Below are positions 11,201 to 22,849 of a stretch of 64,000 nt of DNA, one piece after another. The notes under the pieces are model-generated. The model made no database searches, was not told the origin of the DNA, and saw only the letters and a program-made list of their open reading frames with translations. The position numbers were made by a program, and so were the translations under genes. Origin of the DNA: Raillietiella orientalis (lineage: Eukaryota). Within the stretch, counting starts at the first letter, position 1, and the number at the start of each line of letters is the position of its first letter. Location of the stretch: NCBI GenBank assembly GCA_036172245.1, contig JAYWIR010000015.1:1240001-1304000 (forward strand), written 5' to 3'.

Positions 11201-13660
11201 CGTCTGCCATTGCGCGTTCCCGCACCGCGGTCGACGCGCTTGCGCTCTTACGCGGGAACACCCCGCGCTTCTTCCGCACGGCTGTTGGACGTCGCCGCCG
11301 GCACCTCGGCCGGGACGACGACTCGTGTTCGACCGCTGGCACGCGGCGTCTTCCCCAGGCGGCTGCGGACGCGTGCGCGTTCGCTGGACCGATGACATCG
11401 GGAAGCCTGGTGCAATGGGACGGAAGCCGTGGCCCAGCCACACTGCCGCCGGCGCGAAGGAAGCAGTCGTTGCAAACCGTCCCGTCCGTTTTCCGTCAAG
11501 TTGGGATGGTGGAAGTGGTCGCCACATCAGCTGCCGATGTGGAAGATGGGAATCTTCGGCAGATTCCTTTGCCGCTCGCACCTCTTGTCGGTGACTGCCG
11601 GGTCCTGCTGTTGCGCGAGGGACCTGGCACGCTCGTGGTGGCTCCGCCTGGGATGCGCGCGCGCCGGACGGCGTTGCGCCCGGTGGCACTCGCCGGGCGG
11701 AACATTGGACCGTGCGGCTGCGGTTGCCAATCCCTTCGCAGAAGAGGGCGCGCCTCTCGATTGTCGAGGCCTCGCGAGAGAGCTGCGTGCCAAGCGGGCG
11801 AAGAGCCATGGTTCGGGAAAGAGGGAAAGCGTGCCTGGTCCGTGGCGCGAGAAGCTGAGCCGTTTGAGACGCACCAGCGACGCTTGGCCACCGCCACCAG
11901 CTGCCCGTCCCTGTTTTTGTCGCCTTTCCGGCGTCGCTCGCGGTCCCCTGCACGCATTCGAGAAGGCGGCTGGCTTTCTGGAGGAAGGGCGAGGGACTCG
12001 GGAACGAGGACGGGAACCTCTCTCTCTCACGCGAGAGGTGCGTGGAGCGTGCCTCTGCCGGCGATCGGCCGGCGGGAGTCTGCCGCGCCTCGAAAACAAG
12101 TCACCCGGCCACCCGGAGGGCGAGTTCGTGCCGCTGGTCAGTCGCCGACGGATTCCCACGGCCCCTAAGGGATGCCGCCATTCTCTATTCTCCTGCAGCG
12201 ACGGAACGAGGAGGGAATGCATTCAGAGCGCGCGCGCAGCGGGGCGACGTTTCGTTCGTTCCCCGGCGCGGGAGCTGCGTCGTTCCCGCACGATGGGGTA
12301 CGGGGTAGGGAGGATGCTTACTTGCCTGAACTGGCCGATCTGCTGGTTCATTTTCAGCACCGTCATCTGGCACTGCCCTAACGGGATGGTGGGCGTGGGA
12401 CTGGTGAAGTACGTGTTGTTAAAGTTGGTGATTCCGCCGCATGTCCTGGTCACTGAGAGCCACATCTCGCATGCTGGTTGCCGACTGCGGCGTAAGAATA
12501 CCTACGCAGCAAACCCCTATTCCTAGCACGCAGCTGTCTCGGGAGCTGCCTCCCTGCGCCAGGCATTGCGACTGCGACACGCAGGTGCCGTTGATGCCGT
12601 TCCTGTCCATGCAGGCGATGTTTTGGAAGCGGACGACGACGAGGGAGGACACTGGAAGAAGAAGGAGGAGGGTGTTTGGACGCGGGCGAGGAGGCGCAGA
12701 AGGAAGGCGTCGTCGCCGATGGGGGGGGTCCCGAGCGTTGACGGCAGTCCGCGCGGCACGGGACAGTCCCGCCGCGGGATGACGCCTCCCGGCGCTGCGG
12801 CGGGAGACGGGGACGTAGGCGGACGGGAGGGCTCGCCTGGCACCACGCGCGCGTTTCCGCGGAAGGTGGGCGCCAGCAGCAAGAAGTGTCGACGCGTCGC
12901 AGCGTGCGCGCGCGCGCGCGGGCATGCTGGTCGCGCGGAGAGTTCGGCCGGGGTGATGCGGAGGCCGCCTGCTCCGGAGGAAGCTGCTGATCGTTTTGCT
13001 CATCTCGGCGGCGCCTCTGCCTTCCGGGTGTCCTCCGGACGCTTCCTGCCTTCGCTGGCCAAGGCGGGCAAGCAGCGTGCGAAACGGGCGGGCACGGGGC
13101 GGTGCTGCTGGTCGCCGAGGGCGTTTCCTGCGGGGGGTCGGTCGGTAGTCGGTCGTGGGTGCGGGCGCGCCCAGCAGCCGCCACATTGACGAGGAGCGGA
13201 GGAGCGGCGCGGCGTTATCCTCTCCCTCTGCTCCTCCCGAGCGCATCCCGGGGAGCGCGTGGGTAGCGAGACGTGCGCGCCCGCGGGCTGTTCCGTCGCC
13301 GGGTGCTCCGCTGCCGAGTGGTGCGGCTTGGGCGCGCCCGTCTTTTCGTGGACGGAGCGCTCATGCCGGCTCGGTGCCTCCCGTCGCCGCGCTTGGCGTG
13401 CGCACGCGTCGCTTCTCCGCGGGCGCTGTCGTCCGGTGCGTACGAATGCGGCGGGGAACGCCACGTCCGTGCGGGACCGACTGCAAGCACCGGGATGGCT
13501 GGCGACACGCGCCGCCGACCGCCGCGCGACACGCGCCGCCAAAGACGCGCGCGGATGCTTCCTACTCACGAGATCGTGGTTTTCCGGAGGAAAGGGAGGA
13601 GGAGGCGTGTGCGCCGCAGGCGTGCAGCAAGCAGGTGACGAACGCCAGGGCGATCCACAT
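8299..13660 (-). CDS. Secreted Cys-rich tandem CUB-like domain protein, copy A (370 aa). Exons 13660-13570, 12651-12502, 12452-12326, 10866-10733, 10198-10064, 8829-8455, 8399-8299
   Basis: Phase-consistent splicing yields signal peptide MWIALAFVTCLLHACGAHA, then FQNIAC..NGTC..C..C..GVCC, TCGG..NNTYF, IPVICGTNTGQHMYVD, RQWSILISQI, APANCLQYF, NQDYTFCVRRELGFC, DRFCG, PF..GFCIDYTQNPC*. This is the motif order of the uncharacterised arthropod tandem CUB-domain proteins. Intron 3 uses a GC donor. Confidence 0.9.
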
Positions 13661-13781
13661 GGTCTTGGTCGTGCGTGCGGATTCTGCGGACCCGATAACA
13701 AGGGAGATGTGCGGATACATGGCCGCGCGCAACCGGCAGCGGCAAAAAAACTCACCTGCCCGCCCGCTGGCCTTCGCTCTC

Positions 13782-13788
13782 TTTTATA
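13782..13788 (-). promoter_or_regulatory. Candidate TATA box, CUB-like gene copy A
   Basis: TATAAAA on - strand ~125 nt upstream of the ATG in otherwise very GC-rich sequence, with CCAAT just upstream. Confidence 0.55.
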
Positions 13789-16700
13789 CGCGCTTTCGAT
13801 ATTGGGATGCGCTCTTTCGCCGCGTGATCCGGTTTCGCGGGACGGGGCGGCCGGGGTGCCTGTGACCCCTCGTGCGTCGCGCGAACGAGTTCGTGCCCGT
13901 TCACTCACTCGCTCGCGGCGTAAGACCCCGTTATCTTCGGGCTGAGTCTGAAAATAACGTGGCCCATATCGGGAGCGACGTTGGTGGACGGGGCCGAAAT
14001 CCGCCCGGTCGCCGGCAAAGAGCGCGGCGCCTTCTGGCAGAGGCGAGCCGAGTCCCTTCGCGGGCCGGACCGCGCCTCGGTTCGCTCGGCAGAACAGGAG
14101 ACGATGCGCGCCCCGATCCTCCCTTGCCGCGTGCGGCCACCGTCCACCAGAATTGAACCAGTGCTTGCCGGCGTCGGTCGCGGTTCGCTCGCCCCTCGAA
14201 GGACCTATGGGACCGAGCAGCGGCTGCGAGCTGCGACAGCGAGCTGATGTCCACCCCTGTTTGTTGCACGCGCGCGCTGCCCGCCGGGAGACGACGCGTT
14301 TCGCTGCGCAAAGCGCGCCCGGCCGTAGGTAAGACCCGGGAGGTGGTGTGCCCGCGGCGTCCTTGGCTTGCGCGCGCGCTGCTCGGCAACCTTCCTCGTT
14401 GCGAACGGGACAAGCGGGCTGCGGAGGGTGTCGGGCCTGCAGGTCGCGGTTGCGGGTGAGTCTGGAAGACGCGTCCGGGGGAGCGTCCTCGGTGGAGCTG
14501 GGTGCTCAGAATGCGGGAGACGCCGGCATCGTGGCGAAGGGCCGAAAGCTCGCATCCCAATCCGCAGTTGTTTGCTTGCTTCAGTGTGGTGGAGGTTCGT
14601 GTCGGGTGTTAAGTTTGTTTTTAGGTTGTCGCGTGTGGATTCCAGAGCATCGCGCAGGTTCTGCAAGTGGCAGTATTTGTCGAAGGAAACAAATGACCTT
14701 GGTCTTTACTTTGTCGATCAACGTTTTCATCAAGAGGGTTTTTCATGTGACTGCTGTTGGGTGTCCACTGACCTTTTCTGGCTTTCCTGGAACAGACGGA
14801 TCAGTAATGGTCGGAACACCTTGAGACGAGAAGTGTCCATTCGAGAGGTAAGTATTAGAAGAAGCCCGGCGTGCAGCATGTATTCCTAGCACAGGAAGCA
14901 CGAACCCTAATGTCTCTGATAAACGGTCACAAATGAGGTGTAGCCCTAAGATTCGATGGATTTTCTGTGACAGGAATTTGTGCCTTCTCATGGTTCGAGT
15001 ATGGAAGATTTGATCTCTGCCAACCCACATCCCTGTAGCATCAGCCTTGAAACGTGAAAAGAAGGAACTCTCTTCATAGCCTTAAGGTTTCCGAAAGCTT
15101 CAAAATGTAATTGTGGATTTTTAGATCAAGGACGAATTGCTGAGCGGCAATGGACTCCGAATGTGGGAACTATTTTGAGCGTGGCTACCATAGAAACGGA
15201 TCAGTCTTCGTTGGAGGGTACGCGTCTTCCTGATTACATCTATTACTCTGCCTGGATACTGTCAGTGTTGTGTGAGATCCTCTCGAAAGCCATTTTGATT
15301 TTCGATTCCACACGAGGATTCCACGTTCCCATCCAAAGTCTGATCCGCGAGTAGGAAACACTGAGATAGGAAACTCTTATTTTGAGAAAGTATTTGTCGG
15401 TGCTCCCCCTTTTTCAGAGATAATGCGGGAAGTTCTCGGCATACCTTCTGGATGGGTACTTGGTTGCTGCTTACGGGACCCTTTGGTCACTTAAGGGAAA
15501 CTATTCGTAGAGGATGCAGTGCACGATGAAACATTGCGATATCTTTATATGCATTTTGTGAGCATCTCATGCTCACATTTAGAAGGAAATGTTTTTTTTT
15601 TTTCCTCTGTAAGCTGTGATTGTATTTATTACACTACTATTTGGAAGAGGCTGACTCTACGAACTTTAGGTTTGAATACGACTGAGAAAAGCTCTGCATT
15701 GCTGTAGGATCTCAAGGCAGCCACAGACATTTGCTGTAATGTAGTTGGCTACTGCACTTGACCCTCGCAGAGTCAGCTGCAAACCTTTAAGGGATAGTGG
15801 CATAAACTGTATCATGCACTCCTTCCGGCTGGTTAACTTTATGAGTGCAGCTCCTATTGAATTTTACTTTTTTCTTTTCTTGGTTTCTCAGAGTCCTTTC
15901 TTCGTCCTCCCGATTGCTAAAGTCTATTATTGTCTATTGTGTTGCTATATAAATGTATTTATTACGGTTAGCCTCTTAAAGCCGTCTTGCCTCAAGTCTG
16001 GCTTTGCTGAGAAAGGCAGTGAGGCTCACTGTGGAGCGGTTTAAAGTGGCTCACCCCATTGCTTTGATTCCCAAACGAAGGCTTCCTCATACGCACCATC
16101 TCTGCCATCTTTTCAGTACAGAAGTTGCAAAGATTAAGAAACCATTCCTCGGAAGTGTTTCACCCCACCCGTTTCTAGTGTTTGTGGACGGAATCGGTCC
16201 ACTTTGTTTTTCATTCTTCTAGACAGGTCCACATCTGGCTATCAAGAGTCTACGACTTTTGAGAATCAAGCAGTCTTGAAAAGCACCAGTGCAGCAACAT
16301 TCTAAGACGTCCATACTTTTTGTAAGTCTATCCGTTTTGGAATTCAAGTGCTCACCTATCGTGAAATCATACGAGATTTTTTTTCGTTCACGTCGTGCCC
16401 ATTCCAAAACTTCCAAGTGCCCATGACATTGCTGTGCAGGAATCAAAGTGGACAAGACCAGTTGACCGGTGAACAGAATTTCTGGATTGGTTCCTTCTCG
16501 ACTTGCTCATTTGCTTTGCATTTCCTTATCGCCTTTTTCCTTTTAGTCTGCTCAACAGTTTTTGGTTCCATTCTCGCCACCTTCCTCACTGTCCTTAACG
16601 GAAGGAAACTCTGCAAATCCGCATCTCTAGGGCTCGAATCCAAAGTCCTTCCCCCCTCATCTGTCTGGGATGTGTACGCTGACTGAAAAAGCATCAACAT

Positions 16701-18859
16701 ATTCCACAATAAAGGAAAAGCCCTTGGAACACGAAGCAAACTCAGCATCTTGATATTGCTGATGTGAATCCAGAAACCGTTGAAGAATATTTATTGGATA
16801 ACATCGATTTCATTCCTGTCCTGTGTTTGGTTCAATTTCAAGAGAGAGCTCATCAGCCTCTTTCGTGAAATGACTTCTTGGATGAACCTTACCACGTGTT
16901 TACGCACGCAATGACCATAACCTCATAACATTGTGATATTTGGCGTTCCTTCAGCATTCCTTGGTTTCCCAGCATCACCCATTTTGCTGCCATTCGCATA
17001 ACAGTGAGAACGCTATTGTGCACTTAGCCTTCAAGCTGCTTTTACGTATGTGCAGTATGTGTGTATGCACGACATAGTACATGAAACAATATAAAGGCGG
17101 ATGTGGTTTTCAGTTTAATGGAGAATTCAGTTTGTGAATGTCACGGAACTTCTCTGTGGGTGGCAGTCGTAACTGCGTGCGAATTAAGTTGGTTGGGTAA
17201 ATTCTTCGGCATGACGGAAAGGTGTTTCACGCTCGGTGCATGAATCTGCACACACGTAGGGCGGGATCGGGTCACCTACCCTGTTACTGGCAATCGCGAG
17301 AGTTAGGAAAGAGTGAAAAAATTCGGTGGGGATGAGTGTCACTAACGAGGTGAGTTCCTCGACGTGCAAGTGACTCACCTTTCTCCGTGCCTTGGTCAGT
17401 TCAAAACCTGATTATTTCTCCTCATGAGCATTGATGGAAGTCTCGGGCGGAGAGACTGCTTCTGCAGGTGGAGGCAGGTGAACTGCGGTGGGTAAGTGGG
17501 ATCGTTAAATTCGGCATCCTTACTCGAAACCGAGCGCTAGGCAACTGCCTACCTGCCAAGACGTCCTAATGCAGTGCAGGTGCCGCGAGCTGTATTCAGG
17601 CAGGGAAAAGCAGGTTTTGAGATGAAGAATCCTCTCCGATTGTGAAAGATGGACCCTGATTTGTGCATATTAAATTTATGAAATTTAGTGTGCGCTTGGA
17701 CAGAGATGAAGAAGAGAATGTGATTGCTTGGAACACATCAGTAGGTTGGACGTGTTCTCTTTCAAAAAAGGTACACCAAATGGCAATTCACGTTTGCAAC
17801 GGCCGCAAATGAGGTTAAACATAGTTGATGGGGTACGAAGCAAAGTATAGCTCGCTGTCCTTTTCAAGGAAGATGATTTGTTGTCAGTCTGTATGGATGG
17901 ACGATCTCAAGTGAGTTTTGATCAAAGTCGTCCAGAACGGCTGCTGGACCTACATGGAAATATGGATCAGGGCGACCAATTAGTCATCCTGATTACCGCT
18001 GTGGGAGATTCCATCAAACCCTCGGGAAGAGTTTTTTTTCAGCCGCGCGATGTTGACGCCATTTCCTCCGTCTCGAATGGTGCCAGATCAATCCATGTTA
18101 TCCGATTTTCTCTCGTTCTGCCTTGAGAGTCAATTGGAAGGGCACAGTGCGCTCTTCCAATTGCTAAACAAGAATCGTGCAATTCGTGTTCGCTGGCCCC
18201 AGAATCGCTCTCATTGCCCTTCATCGGTTGATCCCGTACAATCTTTGTGTTTCGCCGCGCTTTATCGGATCTACCTGCTTCCTTCTGGGCATCGTGCTCG
18301 ACGGTTTCATTCCAACGGTGCCGATCAAAATCCCGGAAGATGATCGAAATAAACATTTGCTTATTGCACATAAATTAATATGCAAACTTATTTTAACATG
18401 CATACACATTATCGACAGTAAGATTATTCGAACAGATACATTTATTAAGGTTGTGGCATATATTTTTTTGACAAAATTTTAATGTGTTGTTGATTTCACT
18501 GTTGATATATCTATTCAAGATTATAAAAAAATAAATGTATGTTCTAACATTAATTGGTCTCTGAGATAATTTGGGAGTAAAATCGATCTTGCGTGAAAGT
18601 GTACATACACCGAATCGATCAAGTCAGTTGGTCAACAGGTCATTGACGATGGAAATCCTTGGGTTCTTTTTTCTTCTGTCTTCGCTGTTTTCCTTCCAGC
18701 TTTTTTTTTTAAAGAGTTTTTTCTTTTTTTGGTTCGCTAAGTACCTCAGAGCCGGTCACGTGCCTCGGGGAAACGAGGCTCTTTTTAAACATTAAACACA
18801 CTGATTTGTTTCCACTCCTCTCAGCCCGCGGCAACCCTCAGGGGGGCGTGTAATTCTTC

Positions 18860-19250
18860 AGTGTAATTCTTCAGGATAGGGAGCACCCCAAGATGGCGGT
18901 CCTCCCTATAAATCCAGGAAGGGCTCGGAGTCCGTTCCTCTCACGCTTGGGGAGGGATCTCCCTTCAGGGGGTAACGCATCTCCCACCTTGATTGTCTCC
19001 GAAAGGAATTTCCTTCCTCATTCTCTCCGGAGGGAGCACCCCGGAAGGGGAGTGGTCCTCTCCATTTCAACTTCTCCGAAGGAACCCGGAAAGGATCCGC
19101 TTGTAGGAATTTCTTCTCCGGAGGGAACCCGCAGGAGAACAGCTCCTGTTCACTCCTCTGAAGAGAACCCCGAAGGGACGCTTCCGAAACTCAGAAGGGG
19201 CGCTGCAGCTTCACACAGGTTCTCGCTTGCTTCCTTGCACTCTGTGAAGA
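18860..19250 (-). repeat. Diverged, inverted copy of the 3' part of the 875 bp repeat (boundaries approximate)
   Basis: GGAATTTCTTCTCCGGAGGGAACCCGCAGGAGAACAGCTCC...CTGAAGAGAACCCCGAAGGGACGCTT (~19106-19183) aligns without gaps to the reverse complement of ~4506-4583 / ~21643-21720. Also visible as GISSPEGTRRRTAPVHSSEENPEGTL vs GISSAEGIRRGTALCDSPEESPEGTL. Weaker similarity extends to both sides. Confidence 0.8.
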
Positions 19251-21078
19251 GGCGAGGACTCGGAGGGTCCCCCCCGCAACGGAGAGGGTCCGCTCCTTTG
19301 AACAACTGGAGAGGTGCCCGTGAGGGTTCCTGCTCCATCTTGAAACCGGAGGAGTCCCCCGGTGGGGGGGTCCGCTCTCCGTTGCACGACCGGAGGGGAA
19401 ACTCCCCACTCCTTTATTCCTGGGAAGACCCGAAGGTCAATTTCCCATTGTTCCGGCCTTCATCGGGGGCCTCCGGCTTAATCCAACGTCGGTGCCACGC
19501 CCGAATGATTAGGCCAACCAGCGCCATTGCAGGAGAAACTCGGAACCCGACGACGCAGTGGCGTCAAAGTTTCTGCCGAAGTATTCGAACCCGCGACGCA
19601 TGGTGCCACGCGCGGAAGTCTAAACCACAAGGCCTCCGACGCGGGCTCCCGACGTAACACAACACGTGCCTTCCCTAGATTTTGCGTGCTCCAAATGGAA
19701 CTCGAAAACTGGGAAGACACAGATTCCGAGTTTCGAGAGACCTCCATAAAGGATCATTTTCTTGTTTTCGTACCGACAAAGACGTATGCTGCAATTCCGA
19801 CAGAAGAAAGAATGCTTCCTATAGGAACCTAAGCATGACAGGAGGAAGCAAGAGCTGCATCCATGAGGTGGCGAATATCTGTGGTATTCGAGAAGAACTC
19901 GGGTGGGCTATTTGAGAAAGAAGCCTCTTTCTAGGCTCTGAAGTAGTGAAAAGATTAGCATTTTCCTTTCAGCAAGCAATCATGGGCACTTTCGTGCGTC
20001 CAGCTCCTCCTGACTTCAAGTTACTCCCGATCCTTTCGCAAATTTTCCTTTTCTTCACTCTGGATACCAAATGAAAGCTGACCCAGTCTCACCCTTCACC
20101 CGAAGTGAAAAGCACTCAGTTAGCACTCAGCATTCGCAGTTACTTGGAGGGGGATTTTTCTCGAAACCCAGAAGAATCTCACCCCTTCCATGGAATCATG
20201 AATCATCTTGCTTCACAACGCGAAGAGAGATGATTAATGTGCTTGTGGCTTGTTCGCCAAGCTTGTGACTTCTTCAAGGGACAGTACCAATCTTTACTGC
20301 ATAATTTCAGCTCTGTTCTTTTCCTCCCCTCAAAAAAAAAAGTGCTTGTGGGAAGAGAGGAACAAGAGAAAGAGGACACAGAACGTAGTGTTTCAGCAGT
20401 GTTCATACTTCTCTGGCTAAAGTGTCAAAGAAACTTCCTATCTAAACGAAAAGATGGTCACAAATTTGGAGAAACTACATCAAGTTTCCCAGAACCCTAC
20501 TCTCCACCCCCATCATTAGCGTGGCACCCAATCCCAAACCACGCTTACATTTCGAGCTAAATCGGTACATTCCAGACACATCACGAATCGCACAGCGTGA
20601 CCCAATAATCCTGGATCTGCAAAAAGACCTCATTTTCCACTCACTCCTAAAACATGATCGTTTCCAGCATGCAAAAAAGTAGTACAAAAGGTAATCTCTG
20701 TTTGTACCAAAGCGCACACTGCACAAGTGCAGCATACTAATAACGAAGAATCTGCATGCTCCTCCTCCCATACCTTCAAAGCCGCCCAAAAAAAAACAAA
20801 CCAAGCACCTAAAGAATATGAAACAAAATGAACACGGACACTATGGTATAGATAAACACTCAAATCAAAAATCAAAATTCAACGTAATCCTCCAGAAGCT
20901 TTCGAATTTCCCATCTACTCAATTAATCAATAGAGTAGGTTTCCCTTCAGCACGTGCAGAGACTGGAGATTCAGGACTTCAGACAAAAGCCAAAACTGCA
21001 GCTCAACCAACTAGAGCTCTGGAATCACGAAGAACGTCAAAGCACCGATGCACGACCCGTTGCCAGGAATGTCCACCG

Positions 21079-21953
21079 GCAGCATCGCCCCAAACAAGGA
21101 AGCACCGAGCATTTCGCCTTCGTCGGCACAAGGCATCCATCCATCTCCTCTCTCCGAAGCCATCGCCGCCGAGCGTCACCGACAAACCCCTGCCCCGACC
21201 AGAAACGCTGCAGAGGCCCACGCCCCTTTCACCGCCTACGCTCGACCACGCTTCCACCTGCACACAAAGTGCGCAGCAACGAATCGCGAGCGCCCTGCAA
21301 ACGGCCTCCCAGCGGCTTCCGCAGCCTCTCTTCGGCAGACCGAACTCAACAAACGTGCAAAGGCTCTTGTCCTCCGTACAGCGACCCCGCAAGAAACGCG
21401 CGTGACTGTCGCCAGCGATCGTTCGCTAACACCCCGGTGTCCGCGCTGACAGACCGCGCTTGGAAACTGACCCTCCGGGATCCTTCCAGGAATCAAGGAA
21501 CCCTTCGGGGGCTCCCCTCTGGGGGTGAAAAAGGCACGTCCACTACGCACGATGCACATACCACACCTCGGAAAGAGTTGCCACCCCGGAGTGATAGGAA
21601 GCGCGTTGCTCCCTTCGAGTAGCACCCACCAGACAAATTCCAAAGCGTCCCTTCGGGGCTCTCTTCAGGAGAGTCACAAAGAGCGGTTCCCCTCCGGATT
21701 CCCTCCGCTGAAGAAATTCCCAAAGCGGCACCCTCCGGGGAACCCTCCGAAGAGAACAAGGAAGAGGTTTCCTTCGGGATTTCTTCTGGGAGATCCACTC
21801 TGAAGCATTCAACATACCATCTGATGCTGAGTGGTCAACAGCGAGCCATCACCCGACAGCAGAAGCCAGTTCCCCAACCCGAAAGGCGAAGCGAACCTCC
21901 CTTTCTGCATTCCCAGTAGCCCATCCCGAAACTTATCCGGAAAGGGAGGCAGG
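21079..21953 (+). repeat. Direct repeat copy 2 (~875 bp), abutting the right inverted arm
   Basis: Matches 3942-4816; ends in GGCAGG, overlapping by 2 nt the start of arm B (GGGATGCGAG at 21952). Confidence 0.97.
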
Positions 21954-22721
21954 GATGCGAGCTTTCGGCCCTTCGCCACGATGCCGGCGTCTCCCGCATT
22001 CTGAGCACCCAGCTCCACCGGGGACGCTCCCCCGGACGCGTCTTCCAGACTCACCCGCAACCGCGACCTGCAGGCCCGACACCCTCCGCAGCCCGCTTGT
22101 CCCGTTCGCAACGAGGAAGGTTGCCGAGCAGCGCGCGCGCAAGCCAAGGACGCCGCGGGCACACCACCTCCCGGGTCTTACCTACGGCCGGGCGCGCTTT
22201 GCGCAGCGAAACGCGTCGTCTCCCGGCGGGCAGCGCGCGCGTGCAACAAACAGGGGTGGACATCAGCTCGCTGTCGCAGCTCGCAGCCGCTGCTCGGTCC
22301 CATAGGTCCTTCGAGGGGCGAGCGAACCGCGACCGACGCCGGCAAGCACTGGTTCAATTCTGGTGGACGGTGGCCGCACGCGGCAAGGGAGGATCGGGGC
22401 GCGCATCGTCTCCTGTTCTGCCGAGCGAACCGAGGCGCGGTCCGGCCCGCGAAGGGACTCGGCTCGCCTCTGCCAGAAGGCGCCGCGCTCTTTGCCGGCG
22501 ACCGGGCGGATTTCGGCCCCGTCCACCAACGTCGCTCCCGATATGGGCCACGTTATTTTCAGACTCAGCCCGAAGATAACGGGGTCTTACGCCGCGAGCG
22601 AGTGAGTGAACGGGCACGAACTCGTTCGCGCGACGCACGAGGGGTCACAGGCACCCCGGCCGCCCCGTCCCGCGAAACCGGATCACGCGGCGAAAGAGCG
22701 CATCCCAATATCGAAAGCGCG

Positions 22722-22728
22722 TATAAAA
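22722..22728 (+). promoter_or_regulatory. Candidate TATA box, CUB-like gene copy B
   Basis: TATAAAA at 22722, CCAAT at 22705-22709, ATG at 22850. Confidence 0.55.
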
Positions 22729-22849
22729 GAGAGCGAAGGCCAGCGGGCGGGCAGGTGAGTTTTTTTGCCGCTGCCGGTTGCGCGCGGCCATGTATCCGCA
22801 CATCTCCCTTGTTATCGGGTCCGCAGAATCCGCACGCACGACCAAGACC

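Larger units (their letters stand above)
7014..14558 (-). repeat. Left arm (A) of a 7.5 kb inverted segmental duplication
   Basis: Reverse complement of 21952-29495. Coordinate sums stay at 36505-36510 along the arm and mirrored ORFs are near-identical. Identity stops at TTGTGACACG (7014) and GCATCCC (14558). Confidence 0.98.

Noticed and set aside
8830..14558. Many 100-470 aa Arg/Pro/Ala/Gly-rich ORFs within both arms
   Set aside because: They lie mostly in introns or antisense, are explained by stop-codon scarcity at high GC, and are broken by arm-specific indels.
16393..16422. GHLEVLEWAR on the - strand, resembling an ankyrin-repeat core
   Set aside because: Single occurrence, the preceding AA helix motif is missing and there are no neighbouring repeats; likely chance unless BLASTX shows otherwise.
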